The notes: generated by a model from the sequence alone, not told the origin. Shown: positions 11,236 to 25,071, counted from the stretch's first letter. The stretch: 64,000 bases of DNA from Ginglymostoma cirratum (GCA_024137785.1 JAHRHZ010000145.1:26563146-26627145), one strand, 5' to 3'. Translations and numbers: made by a program.

Positions 11236-13482
11236 ATGTATGAATTATAATCTGAAATATGTACTGAACAAATCAATTGCACAGAAAGGTCTTTCACCTT
11301 GAGGGATAGTTGTAACAGTACAAACTCTAGCAGTATTGACATTTTCTTATTCGAATCTGATTTCTTATTAGAATTCCATATTTCTTATTAGAAATTTTTG
11401 CTCCTTTGTGTCATATTTTATAAAGTGAACTTGATAGATGGCCATTACACATACTCAAATGCGTATTTCCTGATTCTCTTACATCCCATTGTTTTTTAGA
11501 ATCTTGTGTTGAAGATGAGATGATGTACCAAACAGTTGGAGTTAGTCATGGAGATAATATTTCTTGTTTAGGCAAGCTCTTGATTGGGTTTTGTTCAGTC
11601 AGTAAATTGGAATATACAGGTCTGGCAAAAAGTAAGTAGAGATATTAATTTTTGGAGAAATGATTTAATTTTATACTAGTCTAGTTCCTACTTACACAGT
11701 CCAACACATTCTCTTTCCCGGCAGCACAACAGTTCTGCTTGCTGTGTTAAGTCACAAAGATGGGTGAACTACATTATTCTTGAATGTCTGACCACTGCTA
11801 CATTCTCTTGCAAGCAATTAATATATATAGCAGTCAGCCTACCACAGATTTAAGTAGGTTTACATAAAACTACCGAGCTTTTTTTTGAGATACAGAAATG
11901 CTGAGTGACATTAAATTATTGAAGGCTGACATTAGTGAGAAATTTTAGTTATGTAAAATTACATAAACATTCAAGTTAGAGAGAAAAATGTAAGAAAGGA
12001 AACAAACAGTATGAATCAAAAGCTGCTCATCAATTAAAGAAAATTACTAAACATCTAGAGCATGTTGACATTTCAGTGAAAGCCTTGAATTTATCTTGCA
12101 GCCGTAGTCTTCAAGGCTGTTTTATCTAATTAGACTAAAAATTGATCTTCTGTTATTTTGCACTTTACACTTAATGATGTGCCTGCGGATTTACCTTTTG
12201 TCTTGATTCAACTATACGAACAGGAACATGTAGGTCACGGAAACAGAGTTTCGATTCATGTGGAGATTCATTTGCAATTGCTCCAGGACATCTCCACAAT
12301 CTATTGAATACCTGTTTTAATCTCCAATCTAATCTAAATTTCTAATACATGTTAAACAGTCCAGTCCTCTGTGATAACTTAAAGCATATTAAGAAGAAAG
12401 AATGCTTTGTAGATTTATGCACCCTGAATATGTACACAGTACACTCTGACTCAAACATTCATTACACGTGGGATAAGAGCATGAGTCAGTGGCCTTGAGT
12501 AGGCAACGTGTATCACTATCAAATAGAACCTTTCAGTTCATGTTAAATAGGAGTACAAAGTGTGAGCTGAAATGAATATGTATTGAAAGAAACAAGTCAA
12601 CTAGCAGTGTAATGTATAACACGTATGACTCAATACTATTAGCTACCTTTAATCTATATTGAGGAGTCTTAATTCATTCTAATGTTCATCAGAACGGCAT
12701 TAATAAAATAACCAAAACTAGAGATGGATCCTTAGTCCCTGTGGGACAAAGTTGCACTTGTAAGTAAAGGGGAAAGTATTCAATCAAAGTTTCTAACTGC
12801 TAATTTAGATCTCTCTCTGTTTAGAATATTGACCTTATTAGCTCATTCCATCTAGCAGAACATACAATCTTTGTACTGCTACAGGCTCGTATCAATTTAT
12901 TTAATTTTCTGAGGGAGTTGAATAATTACAAATATATCTTCATATAGGAAAGATCTATGGGAAAAATCGCAATCCCTGCACCCCAAAGGTAATTGAATGA
13001 GAACTGCAAAATGTCAGTCTAATGTTATTCTTGAATTCTTGAATATTTGCATTCCGTATGTGCAATTTCCATGATCTGTCAAACTGGAAATGTGTCCGGT
13101 CAATTTAGTTCACAATACTTATGATTTTAACCTTCAATTCAGGTCCTTTTTGGTGCTTAAGTCATCTTTTATGCAAGATGATAATTAAATGGCTCATTTT
13201 AAAATTTCACTCTTTGGAAAAAAAGGAGATTGTGGGGGAAAAGAAAACTAACTTTATTTTCCAAAATTCATATCTGATGATGGTCTAATGTGCTTTGGCT
13301 GCATGTTGTAGATTTTTGAAAAAATAAACCTACTTATTATTGAGATTGCCTGTAGAAAGTCAACCAAAAATCTAAAAAACTACTTCTTGTTCATCTACAG
13401 GGAAGGATTGAACATAGAAGAGACTGAAGATTAATCATGTAATTGCCTCTAAAATCAGATGAAATGGGTAAGATGGGGCATT

Positions 13483-13660
13483 AATAGCCAGAGGTCTGTT
13501 GATAACATTCTTCCATTAAAAAGTATTGAGTTTAATCCTCACTTAGATCTTAAGCGCATAGCCGAGATTGATAATTTAGCACATGATTGAAGGAGTGTTG
13601 CATTGTCAGAGGTGTATTTGTTTGGATCAAGTGTTGAGCCAAGATTTTGCCTGATGGGGA
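13483..13660 (+). mobile_element. Deu-SINE-like fragment
   Basis: gaaggagtgttgcattgtcagaggtg...gttgagccaag. Confidence 0.6.
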
Positions 13661-14154
13661 ACATTTCAAGATTGGGGAAAAAGAAATATCTCTGCTGAAT
13701 ATGGCTTCGCATGGCACAGATGAAAATGAGGCCCAGCTGCAGTTTTAGCATCTCCCACAAACAGTTATGAAGACTATATCTGTCAGATGGCATTTGTTTA
13801 TCAATGGACATAGAGGTTAGTGCATCCTCCTGCCAAAGAAGATACTGAAGGTCGAGCTCCAGTTGTTCTAGGTTCTTCTAAGGGATTGTTCTCTTGCAGG
13901 TATATACATATATATCATTTACACTGCTAATATGAGTGACCACATTCATACCCATTTATATAGTATAGCAGTTGCTGAAACTAGTCTCTCAGACATTTTT
14001 GATTCAGAAGATTGGCTGAGGCTGAAACTCATGCAACATTCTCTATTAATGAAAGAAATCACATATTTACTTTTTAAATGTATAATTTAATATTTACAAT
14101 GTATAAGTGCCATCATTGACAATCACTCAGTAACAATTATCCACCTAGGGAATT

Positions 14155-16880
14155 CTGCATTAGTAGACATGGGTTTTGTGAGTTCTTGTGTGGCTAATGA
14201 GCACGATCCTAGAGCTGCATCTCTGACCACACAGTGGCAGGTGTTTCCAGGAGATGGAAATGGTTTTTGACCTTAATATTCTTGGCATTCCTTTTTTCCG
14301 TTCCTTTTGTATACTTCCTACTGCTAACAGGTTTTCTTGAAGAATTGTGTCCCTTCATACAGGAACCTCCTCCAAGGCAGCTTCTTCTGATGGGGGTCTC
14401 CTATGCATTGACATCTCTGTTGCATTTTTTTGAGGGAAATCTTCAGGGAGTCTTTGAAACACTTTCTTTCCTCAAACAAGTGCCTTCCCTGATCTGGGTG
14501 AAAATGATTTGTTTAGTTAGTCATGGCTCACCCAGTGGAAGTGGTTTCAGATTATCATGGCCTCAATGCTAATGCTGTTAGCTGCTTCGGGTAAGATGAT
14601 GTTAGTACACATGTCCACCCATCTGATGCAGAGAATCCATCACAAACAGTGTTGATGGTACTTCTCAAGGGCCTTGAGGAGATATGTACAGGTAGTCTGT
14701 CGTACAGAAGAATCAGAAGGATCTTAGTATCAGCACAGATGTCAGTTCATTGAAGACTCTCATCCATAGCCTTCAGAAGGTGATGGTTGCAGTTTGGATA
14801 TGATGTTGAATCTCTGCATCGATGTCAACCTTAGATGACAGGCAGCTTCCCAGATAAGGGGGATGTTACACTTTTGGGAGGATTTCTCCATTGATCTTAT
14901 CAGAGGGATGGACAGGAACTTGACCTGGAACAGGTTGGTGAAGGATCTGAGTCATCTTAAGGTTGAGGCTAAAACCAATTCGTTGTTGTGCTTCCACGAA
15001 GATGTTATGGAAGGCTTGAAAATTTTCTTCTGAGGGGGCAGAAGTGACATTGTCACCCACATACTGAAGTTCCACAAGCGAGGTTGGTTTTGTCTTCTCA
15101 TTGGATTTCAATTGGTTGAAGTTGAAAAGGTTTCCCTCCATCCTGTAGCCAATGTTCACACCACTAGGAACCTTGTTCCCAAAAGAAAGAATGGTAGCAA
15201 TGAAGATGGAGAAAATGTTGGGGACCATGACAAATGCTTGTTTGACCCTGTCTTGACCTCAATGGATTTGGTCATATTACTGTTCATGAAGACTATCCCT
15301 GACATAGGGCAGCACGGTGGCTCAGTGTTTAGCACTGTTGCCTTACAGCGCCAGGAACTCGGGTTCAATTCCAGCCTCAGGCGACTGTCTGTTTGGAGTT
15401 GCATGTTCTCCCCATGTCTGCATGGACTTCCTCCAGGTACTCTGGTTTCCTCCCACAGTCCAAAGATGTGCAGGTTAGGTGGATTGGTCATGCTAAATTG
15501 CCAATAGTGTTCAGGGATGTGTAGCTTAGGTGGGTTATAAGGGGATGGGTCTGGGTGGATGCTCCAAGGGTCGGCATGGACTTGTTGGGCTAAAAGGGCC
15601 TGATTCCACACTGTTGGGATTCTATGTCTTGTCATGAAGGAGAAGGAGGATGTTTATCAGTATTACTGCACAGCCAGCCTGTAACAAAGCCTTTGATGGC
15701 ACTTCCTGATTGACTGAGTCAAAAAACCTTGGTGAGATTGATGAAGGCCATATAGAGTGGTTGGTGTTGTTCCTGGCATTTCTCTTAGAGTTACCGAGCA
15801 GTGAAAATCTTGTCCATAGTGCCCAAGCTTGGTCAGAAGCCACACTGGCTTTCAGGAAGGACTTCCTCTGAGGCTGAGAGAAAGCACCTGGTGAGGATTC
15901 AGGCAGTGGTCTTCCCAGTGATGGAGAGTTGGGAGATTCCTTGGTAGTTCCCAAAGTCCACTTTGTGTTGATGGCAGTATCCCTGAGATTTCCAGGGATT
16001 TTTTCACTGTCTAAGATTTTCAGGAACATTTGATAGAAACGATGGGTAAACTCTGCTCCTCCAAGCTTGGAGATCTCCATTGGAATCTGCCCATTCCTGT
16101 GCCTTTACCATTTTCCTGTGTCTAAAAGTGGCTTCAACTTCTGCCATAATAGGTCTAAGACCATCTTTGATGGAGTGTTGGGGGATTTCCTCAAACACAT
16201 CCTTGTCAACGAATCTATCACAGTTCAGGAGTTCTTTGAAGCGTTGTCTCCATTCAAAGCTGATATTTTCTCCGTATTTCATAAAAGCTCCATCCTTACT
16301 CTACACTGGTTTGAGGTCAAGGGCATTGGATCCATATATTGCCTTGGCAGCATTGAAGAACCTCCCGGAGTTGTGCTTGTCAGGAAGAAACACAGCTCCT
16401 TGGCTTTCTCAGTCCACCATTGGCTCCTGATTTCCCTCATTCTTCTTTCCAATTTTACCTTTGCTGTTTCATGAATTTTCCTCTTTGCCTCAATGGTCAA
16501 TACATTTTGTCAGGCATGGAGAATTTTCCTCGTCTTGTCAATGAGGTCTTGGATGATATAGTCATTCTTATCAAACCAGTCTTAGTATTTCCTTGACTTA
16601 TGGCCGATAATCTGTTCATACCATGAGATGTTGGCTGTCTTTAGCTCTTTCCAGATTTCCTCCACTCCATTAAAAAGAAGTCTTTGGAGATTTTGGTGAA
16701 ATCACTGTTAGAAATTTGCTGGTCTGCTTGGCTCTTGAAGCCACTCAATGTGGAGCTTTTCTCTGAACTCCTTCTTCATCTTCAGCTGCTTCAGGTGGCA
16801 TTTGATAGACACTGAAGAGCGAATGAGCCGGTGATGTATCCAACACATCATCTGCACTGGTCATCAATTTGGTAGTGTGT
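14155..16880 (-). mobile_element. RTE-clade LINE, 5'-truncated and decayed, interrupted by an HE1 SINE
   Basis: DWFDKND, PNIFSIF...GVNIGYRMEGNLFN..L...ELQYVGD (cf. RTE GV.IRYR.DG.LFNL...ELLYADD) and C-terminal C..CGQRCSSRIVLISHTRTH zinc finger near 14170-14250. Confidence 0.88.
15307..15626 (+). mobile_element. HE1-type tRNA-derived V-SINE
   Basis: A box TGGCTCAGTGT, B box GGTTCAATTCC, V-domain ...ggtttcctcccacagtccaaagatgtgc..., tail gattctatg. Confidence 0.92.
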
Positions 16881-17454
16881 ATAATTGTACACTGTCAGGA
16901 AAAAAAAAAACAAACAATCAGCTGAAAGATGAATATTTGTTATTGGGAGTCCAATAACCGTGGAGATGGAAGTAGAACAACCTGACCACGTGCATTTGAA
17001 TGGGGAAGAGTAGCATATTCCACCCAAATTCTAAGCAACGGCCTCCCGGTATGGCATTGCAACCTCCTGTCCTTCTGCAGTGGCTTCCCAGTGTTGGTGT
17101 GGCAGCCTCCCACCTTGGCGTGGTGTGGCATGGCAATCTCCCAGCCTGGTACAGCGGTCTCCTCCCTTAGGGGCCTCCCAGTGTGGCATGTTGCCAGTGC
17201 AGTGTGGAGCCAGGGTCTGGTGCAGAGCCAGGGCCCAGTGCGGGCTGGAAGCTAAGTGCCAGCATGGTCTGCTGTATTGAACTCTTTTCTGAAATGCTGG
17301 GTATTTTATTTCTGTAACAAATCATCTAACAAAAGAAGCTGTACCTTGATAGATTTGTGCTTAAGTCAGCGCTGCAATTGGCGAAGTAGAAGCTTTTCAC
17401 CATACTCATTGGGTATATGGGACAATAAAGCCTATGCTATTCTATTCTAAATCA

Positions 17455-17540
17455 GTCATCACCATCTTGACTCAGGTAAATAGGGATGGGCAATAAATGC
17501 TGGCCTTGCTAACAATGTTCACAATCCAAGAAAAAACATT
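17455..17540 (+). mobile_element. 3' tail of CR1/Zenon-like LINE
   Basis: tagggatgggcaataaatgctggcc...A-rich end, similar to ends at 60140-60205 and 62850-62915. Confidence 0.65.
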
Positions 17541-20338
17541 TGAGAATGACTTGCTTTTATATCGTGCCATTGACGTAAAAAAGTTTCAATTTGCTGCATA
17601 CAATGCAGCGATGAGCAGTAACTGTTGTGCAGGGAAGCAATTGAAGTCTTCAGGTCATGAGAAAGATGCAAAAAAACAGCAAAATGGCAATACATATCTT
17701 AATGAACACATTATGTGGTGATCAAATACCTCTATTAATCAGGAGTTAGAATTTTATTTCCAAAAGACCATGTTGGATGCACTAAGTGAGTGTTTGGTCA
17801 CTTTTTCAGATTCAAACTTAAACAGGCCATTCACCAGTTTTGTATATAATGATAAGCTAAAGCAATGTTAAAGAACTGCAAGCTGTATAACAAAAGGCAA
17901 AAAAGATTTTTATGTTAATAATGTTAATTGCATCACATTTGAAGACTACCACTGTAACATTTTAGTAAAATCACAAAAAATTGAAGTGAACAAGAAAAAA
18001 TAATTGATGGAATTTTTCAAGTGAACGTAAGCCTCATAGAATAATTTTAACATGATTTTCAGTTAAAGTCTCCAAACTAACAAAACTGGCCATTTGAAAG
18101 AAGGTTCTGCAGTTTGGAGGAGCCAACGGTCCAATTGACATCAGTGCTCTTTTCACATAGGTTCAGATTGATTCTGTGCAGGCTCTTAACAATGCTGGCT
18201 TTGACCCAACACGAGTATCTGTTCAAATAACATACTAAACAACCAAGGTCATTTCATTTTCTGCTTTGAGGCTTCAGAAATGTTCAAATATACATGGTCA
18301 AATGCTGCATAGTTGTAGTTTAAATAATGCAATTTCATACTGTAGTAATAAACAAAAACATAAAGTCAGATGAAAATTACAAGACAATGAAGAACACTAT
18401 ATCCTATATATCCTAACAACGTCAATACTTTAGACTGCAGTAAATCACAACTATTACTGGAAATCTAACGTGCAACTAAATATTTAAATGTTTAGTTTGC
18501 ATTCACAACAAGATGTTGGCATTATTTATAAACAGGATATTTTCACAAACATCAATTATAAGTGGCCTTCAGTTAAAACTAATTGTTTGTCACATACAAA
18601 CATAAAAACTTAAACATTTTACTGTGCCTGAGTGAGTTGGTTGCCATTAAGGATGAGCAAACAATGTAAGTGAACAATTAATCTGTTTAAACATATTACT
18701 TAACCTACTGAATACATGTACAAATATTCTTTTCCATCAACATCAGAATATGAGGACTGATTTTGGATACTTCCACACCAGCTGCACAATTTGGTATTAA
18801 TCCGTAGCAACTATGTTGAATTGTGATATTTAGCTATTTTCCTCCTGCAAGATTGGTGTGATAAAGAATATCCATTTTCCCTTGTACTGACCAGCTCCAA
18901 ACCCCCAGGAGATTTTTTTACCTGTTTCACTGCTTCCAAATTCTTTATATGGTGGGCCAATGATATGACAACAGGAAAATGTTGCATGCTTTCTTAACAA
19001 CCGGTATGTTTTCTTTAAATAAAAAAAATTATTAGTTTTGTTGTATGTTCTGTCAAATACATTTACATTATTATGCGAGTGGGCGGAATGTGGTTTGATG
19101 TAAAATATCATAAAAGATTTGTTATTTGCTTTTTTTCTGTTAGTTCCAATAGTACCAACCAGAGGAAAGTGGGAGAATTTTTGCCCAGTATCATACTAAC
19201 TGCTGTCACCTGACTTTCGGCAAATTAACTGAGTCACATTGAATCATCAGGTCATGTTTATTCAGCTGATTTTCTTGTTTGCAACAGAGATCAAAATGAT
19301 TTTAGTCACACTCCATCTTACAGCTTATCTATACTTGGAAGAAACAGCTGGTGTGACTGTAGTGTCAATATTGCAGGTTCACACTGTGGCACTGAATAAA
19401 GCCACAGAGTTAATGAAATGCACTGAAGAGTGAGTTAAGAGTATGCAGTCTATGCAGAAGCTCCAGTTTCATATTTCAAAATATATTACTGAATCCATCA
19501 GAAAGTATTACCCTTAAGAAAATGAAACCCAGTGTTTGACTGGTAATGCATGGCACAGGCTCTAAATTCACAGATGGAATTTTGTGGAGGTGCCATTTGA
19601 TACAATCCTCATTTGGCTCAAGATGATGCAATATTTATTGCAGAATGAGAGGAGTATTTTTAGCTGGATCTTGAGTAACTGATTGCCATGGCAACTATTT
19701 CTTGCCTGCAATGTTGCCGTTATACAGAATGTTGTTGCATTAATAATATATGTGGGACACATCTCACACATTTGGCTGCAAATGTGAATTTGTAAGCTTA
19801 GGCTACAGATTGTCATTCCAGCTCACTATTTATTTAGCCTTTGGTTGTAGCAGCCACAGCATTTCAAAAGGCGTTTATTCTTAAAGGAAATTAAGTGCCT
19901 TTCATCCTTGTTAAATGTATTCTGTTCGCAAAATTTTACAATCAAAAGAAATAAAACTCTAAATTTCTAGTTGCCTCGATATACCCATGAAGTGCTTTGA
20001 AAACTATAAATTGGGAGCCTAACGTTTGCAGTTATGTGTATAATAATAAAAGGCTAAAGACCTTTAAAGGCCAAGATGTTATAAAGCCAGAAGTGATGTA
20101 GTATCCAAATTATTACTGCATTCATTTCTAGAAACAATTAAGTGATCATGCACACTGTCAGCACACCAAGGGCTGAATATTACAAAACAAAAATGAGCTA
20201 AGTATCAATTTCGGGGAGTTTCATGGAGGGTTTCTCTGGGCTCTAATGAGTTATTTCATGCAATTCTCCACACTCACCTCAATGTGTGCACCATGTCTCT
20301 ATGGCACCGTTCTTGCACAATTTGCACTTGCCACGAAA

Positions 20339-20600
20339 GTCATAGAGACATACAGCACAGAAACAGACTCTTCAGTCCAACCAGTCAACTCCAAACATAA
20401 TCCCAAACTAAACTAGTCCAACCTGCCTCCTCCTGGTCCATATTCCTCCAAACCTTCCCTTTCATATACCTATCCAAATGTCTTTTAAGCGTTGTTATTG
20501 TACCCACATTCACCACTTCCTCAGGAAGTTCATTCCACACACACTGTGTACAAAATTTGCCTCTCATGTTATTTTTAAATCTCTCTCCTCCCACCTTAAA
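20339..20600 (-). mobile_element. CR1 LINE 3' end
   Basis: Minus ORF ...VWNELPEEVV..GTITTLKRHLDRYM plus 3' UTR ending ctctatgac. Confidence 0.9.
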
Positions 20601-20739
20601 AATAGCAGACATACTCACCACTGCCAGGACATTCTGGCAGCACCAGTTGCACACAAAGGTCAATCACTGCCAGCCTGAAATAGCCCTTCACAGTTCACGC
20701 AATGGGAAGGAAATGAAAAAGAAAACCTTTCAATGACAC

Positions 20740-21430
20740 ATAGATGACTTGGGAGACCTACTGTCTGCTCCATGATGATTCTGATAGAAGAACTGACAGC
20801 ATTGAACCTACGTTCAGCTTCAGTAAGACGTTACATAACAGAATCATTAGTCAGGGTTGTAAGGCATCCTACTCTTAAAATGAAGCAGAAACATGATCAT
20901 TCTCAAGGATACAGGTATCATGGCAGCTTGAGTGTACTGGTACAGACTTAAAAGATGAGTCACTAATGATCACAGATGACTTGCACATTGGTGGAATGGA
21001 ACTCTTTCCTACTGATGAAGTCTGCTGCATTGTGATATAGTGCTCCCAATGTGACGTGCGTACAGTCTATAGCACCCTGTACCTGGGGGAAGCCAACTGG
21101 GTTGGCAAAGCCTATGAGCCAGGCTGCAGTCCTGACCTTGTCATGGGAAAATGACATAAAGTAATGTGATCCATCATAAGTTGTGTTGGTAACAGCATTG
21201 ATACTTACGTGCGTTGAGGATTAAGAGATTCCACACAGTTCCCCAGTGAATGGGGAAACAATCAGCTACAAAAACGTTTTGTGCAGCTGTCACCTTGACA
21301 ACCAGGAGGATAGGATGGCCATCCACACCTTCAGTTTGTTGGTCATGTTCCAGTAGACAGTGTACTTCTGTGACAGTGTCCTTGGACATCCTCAGTCTGC
21401 AGCAGCAATGTACCACACTCATCTAAAAGA
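20740..21430 (-). mobile_element. PIF/Harbinger DDE transposase fossil
   Basis: GFPQVQGAIDCTHV...FISRKEFHSTNVQVICDH, SCHD, TEAERRFNA...MEQTVG; upstream RLRMSKDTV...VKVTAA. Confidence 0.9.
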
Positions 21431-24269
21431 AATGGCATAGCGAATGATAGACTCTCAGTTAATTGTACTTCCTGCTTATACTGAGGGGACCTTCAGGTGC
21501 AACTTCTTCACGTGGAGGCTGTTTAACAGCCACAGGAGATTGCTGCTGGTACCGAGCTAGTTGGCTGGCACATTTCTTCTTGTTCAATTTCACATCATTG
21601 CATTATAGTCAGAGTGACAGTAACCACTGCTGTGGCTGGATCCAGTGAACCTATGTGGGGAACATCAGAAACAGAACACGTCCTTAGTTATGTGAACAGT
21701 CAGCATTCACAGAACACATGATAGTTTAGCAGAACATAATAGTTTAGCATAGTCTTCAATACCATGGGACGTGGAGGACTCAAAGAGGACTGTGGAATGG
21801 CTTTATACAGATCTTTTGACATAGGGTCTTTATTTTGTTGTTTGTATTTGCAGAGTGTGGCTTGCCTGCAATCTCTTACTGTAAGTGCTGCAGGATTACT
21901 GCAGTGTCCACCCCACCCCCACATTACTCAAGAAAGGCAGCCTTGCATGTAAGACCATGTTGATGAATAATTATAGTTCAATGTGGGAGGAAATCAGCTC
22001 TGTGCCCTGATCAACCAATGAGATCTTGGATTGTCTTTGTGAATTGTGGCACACAGGTAATTCTTTTAAGGCTTCCTGACTATTTTTCTTTACAGACATG
22101 ACTAGGATCAAATTGTAATGACCAAAGGGATGGTGAAGATTGCTTGTGGCCAGAAATTGTATCCTAAACTGTTGGACACTATGCGTGTTTCACATGTGGG
22201 GTGCTATGATTACAGATATCTGTGTATGTGTCTGATTAATGTAATGTCCCTTGCAGTGTCTTACATTTCTCACAGGTAGAGGTCATGTGCTTAGACGGAA
22301 AAACAAACCTTATTTCGCCCACACCAGGCATGGTCTCAGTAATTGTTTATCTCTCCACTGTTTGCAATTTGAATGAGGATGGAAGGCTCAATGGGTCATG
22401 TTTCACAACCTGGTAATCTAAGGAACACCCAAAACCTTCATGTTCCTTTCTTTCTTGCACCCCCTATCGAACTCATTAGTTCTGAACTTCCACATGTTAT
22501 CACCCGACTCTTTCATTTCAGTTTCCTAAAATTGGACCTGAGCGCCAGCCTTACATCTTAGTCATGCTAACCATCATAATGCAGTGTCCTCCATTAAAGC
22601 CAAGATGACTGGTGACTGTTTATGACCGTCCTCCCTTAGTAACCCATGTCCTCCAATATGCTATCATCTCCAATCCTTATATGTTGAGAACCTGACCCCA
22701 GAAACATGAGACAAAAATGCCATGCAAATATATATGTGCTGCTCCTATCATGACTTACGGGGGTAGCATGCTGGGAAGCAAATCCCACTATTTCCAGAGT
22801 CATTATTAAATAAAATGTTAAAATATATTCATAATATTCCCCAATTTACCTGATTTCCACACCCACGTAATAGAAAGCATGGACTATGTCATTGTACTGG
22901 ACTGGAATGACTATTTATTACAAGTAATTAGATTCTAGCCACAGGTAAACACTTATAATTGATCACCATTAATTAAATTAAATTTATTAAAAATAAATAA
23001 ATTAAATCCCTTATCCACAGACATGTTATAGACAGAGGAAAATTGGGAGGCAGTTCAGTGGCTATTCACAGGTTATTTGCGTAACATATATAATTCTTAT
23101 GCAGTCCAGAATGCTGCTTTTCAGTCATCTTTCTCCAGATACTACCAAGAATCACAAGTTTGCTGGTTTACTTACGAAATATCATTGATTTTTCATTTAA
23201 GAATCACAGTTTACAACTGCCAAAGACAAGATAACATAGTTTGGTTCAGGTTTAAAATGTGTTTTAACTGCAAGGATTAGAGGCACAGCTCCTGGGCTGA
23301 TGCAGATTAAAACAATTCTATCTTGACCCCACCTCCAAGCTACCTGTGTTACCAGTTACCTGAGAACCAATCACACAGTTATTAGCAGGCAAAGGACTTT
23401 TGTTATCGATTACTGGCCACTAGCCCATAGATCAAGGTCTTCTTGCTACTCAGCTGTGACAGGGTTAGCTGGGATCTGTATATAAACCCCTTGGCTCCAA
23501 GTCATCTACATCCACTTCAGTTACTGTTTGTTGAAGCAACTGATCACATAGTTATGTTTGCCATAAATGTAAAGTTAATTGCTTTTCGAAACATGCAGCA
23601 GTTATTTAAAACACAGTTTTTTTAAAAAATTCTTCCTTATTTAGGTCCACAATTTTCAAAAGTTCAATTTTTTTTAAAAATATGGTCTTTGCTGTGGGTT
23701 ATTAAATGGTATTACTGGCAGAAATTCAGATCACACACTGACTGGCTATTCCTTTCTACTACCTGTCACTGGCTGGATGGGAAGGATGTGGCATCACTCA
23801 TTGTCGTGGCCATCTCATCTGATCATCTAGGTCTTGCTGCGAGGCATTGCTGCAGAATGATCAGGGATGTGTTCAGAGCAGAGCAGGGGCCACCACAAAT
23901 TTTTTATGGAGCCCATCTGTCCCCTTCGAACCTGATCATTTATCCTTTTCAACCTGCAACTGCAGCTTTGACATTTGTGATAGAAATATCATTTGTAGTT
24001 CAAACTTTCACTCAGAAGGCAGTAGGGTGCATAGGGGAGTATAAGTGGATGGTATAGGGCTCCCCTGCCTGCAGCCATAGATTCTGGCTCTAAACTGTGA
24101 TGGAATGCAGGCTTCTGAATCTTTAATGCTCCCCGCACTGATGGTCAGAGATGTACTGGAGAGACAGAGCAGCAGTTGGGCAGACAAAGGGATGGATAAT
24201 GATGAGCTGAGGAGAAAGAGAAACTCATTATAGTGACTGGTAATGGGCAAAAATAGGTTGGTCCCTATT

Positions 24270-24558
24270 ATCAGCTTTTTTTTCTTCCTTTGTCTGCTGA
24301 ACTGCTATGCTCTCTCTCTCTGGGCTCCATTTCCACCTATCATTTACTTCTTCACCTTCTCTCACCCTCTCCCCATATCCTGTCTTCCACATATATACCA
24401 CCTTTTCATAGCTATAATCAGTTCTGAAGAAAGGTCATTGTACCGAAAGTGTTAACTCTGTTTTTATCTCCACAGATCTACCAGACCGGCTGACTTTCTC
24501 CAACAGTTTCTGTTGCAATTTTGGATTTCCAGCATCTGTAGTTCCTTGCTTTTTTTTC
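24270..24558 (+). mobile_element. Old PLE 3' UTR/pLTR (family C) with decayed hammerhead at 24424-24454
   Basis: CTGAAGA...GAAA-GTGTTAACTCTG and tail gatttccagcatctgtagttc. Confidence 0.75.
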
Positions 24559-25071
24559 CTCTGACAAACATCTGTATCTCTCTACTTATTCAGTCAGTTT
24601 CCTCTTCACTTGTTCTTATCACTATTGTCATATTTTCCCAACGGAGCCCCAATCTGAATCCCAAAGATAGATACATCTAATTAGGAGCATGATAGGGGCT
24701 CTCAAGAAGTAGATGGACTTAATTGTTTCTTATATCAACCGTCTCAGCTTTGAATAATAATATACAAAAATAGAAAGGATACATGTTAACATACCATCTA
24801 TATGAATAATACTGTCTATACTATTACATCATAGTCCAGAATCTTCTTGGATTTTTATGAAGGCTGAAGGGGCAGCTAGATATGTTGGAATTTGAGTAGA
24901 GTTGTATTAAGTCCCTTGGACGTGCTGTTATCATAGCATTACTCCAGCCAGAATTGCAGAATCGTCCTTTTTACAGATTCATTTGTGTTCATGGTTTAAA
25001 ATGTTGTTTTACGTTACTGATTATGGTTCTTGTGACAATAAGAAATTTAACTAGGAACAGTGAAAGGCTTT

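Noticed and set aside
15307-15380. tRNA genes at SINE heads (also 44571, 44924)
   Set aside because: A/B boxes continue into the V-SINE body and LINE-like tail; no proper cloverleaf or terminator
20963-21157. Domesticated HARBI1 gene
   Set aside because: Motifs are flanked by stops and frameshifts, and three decayed copies are present, so these are transposon fossils
22750-23660. Possible solo LTR on minus strand
   Set aside because: Composition is suggestive but I could not define termini or a TSD
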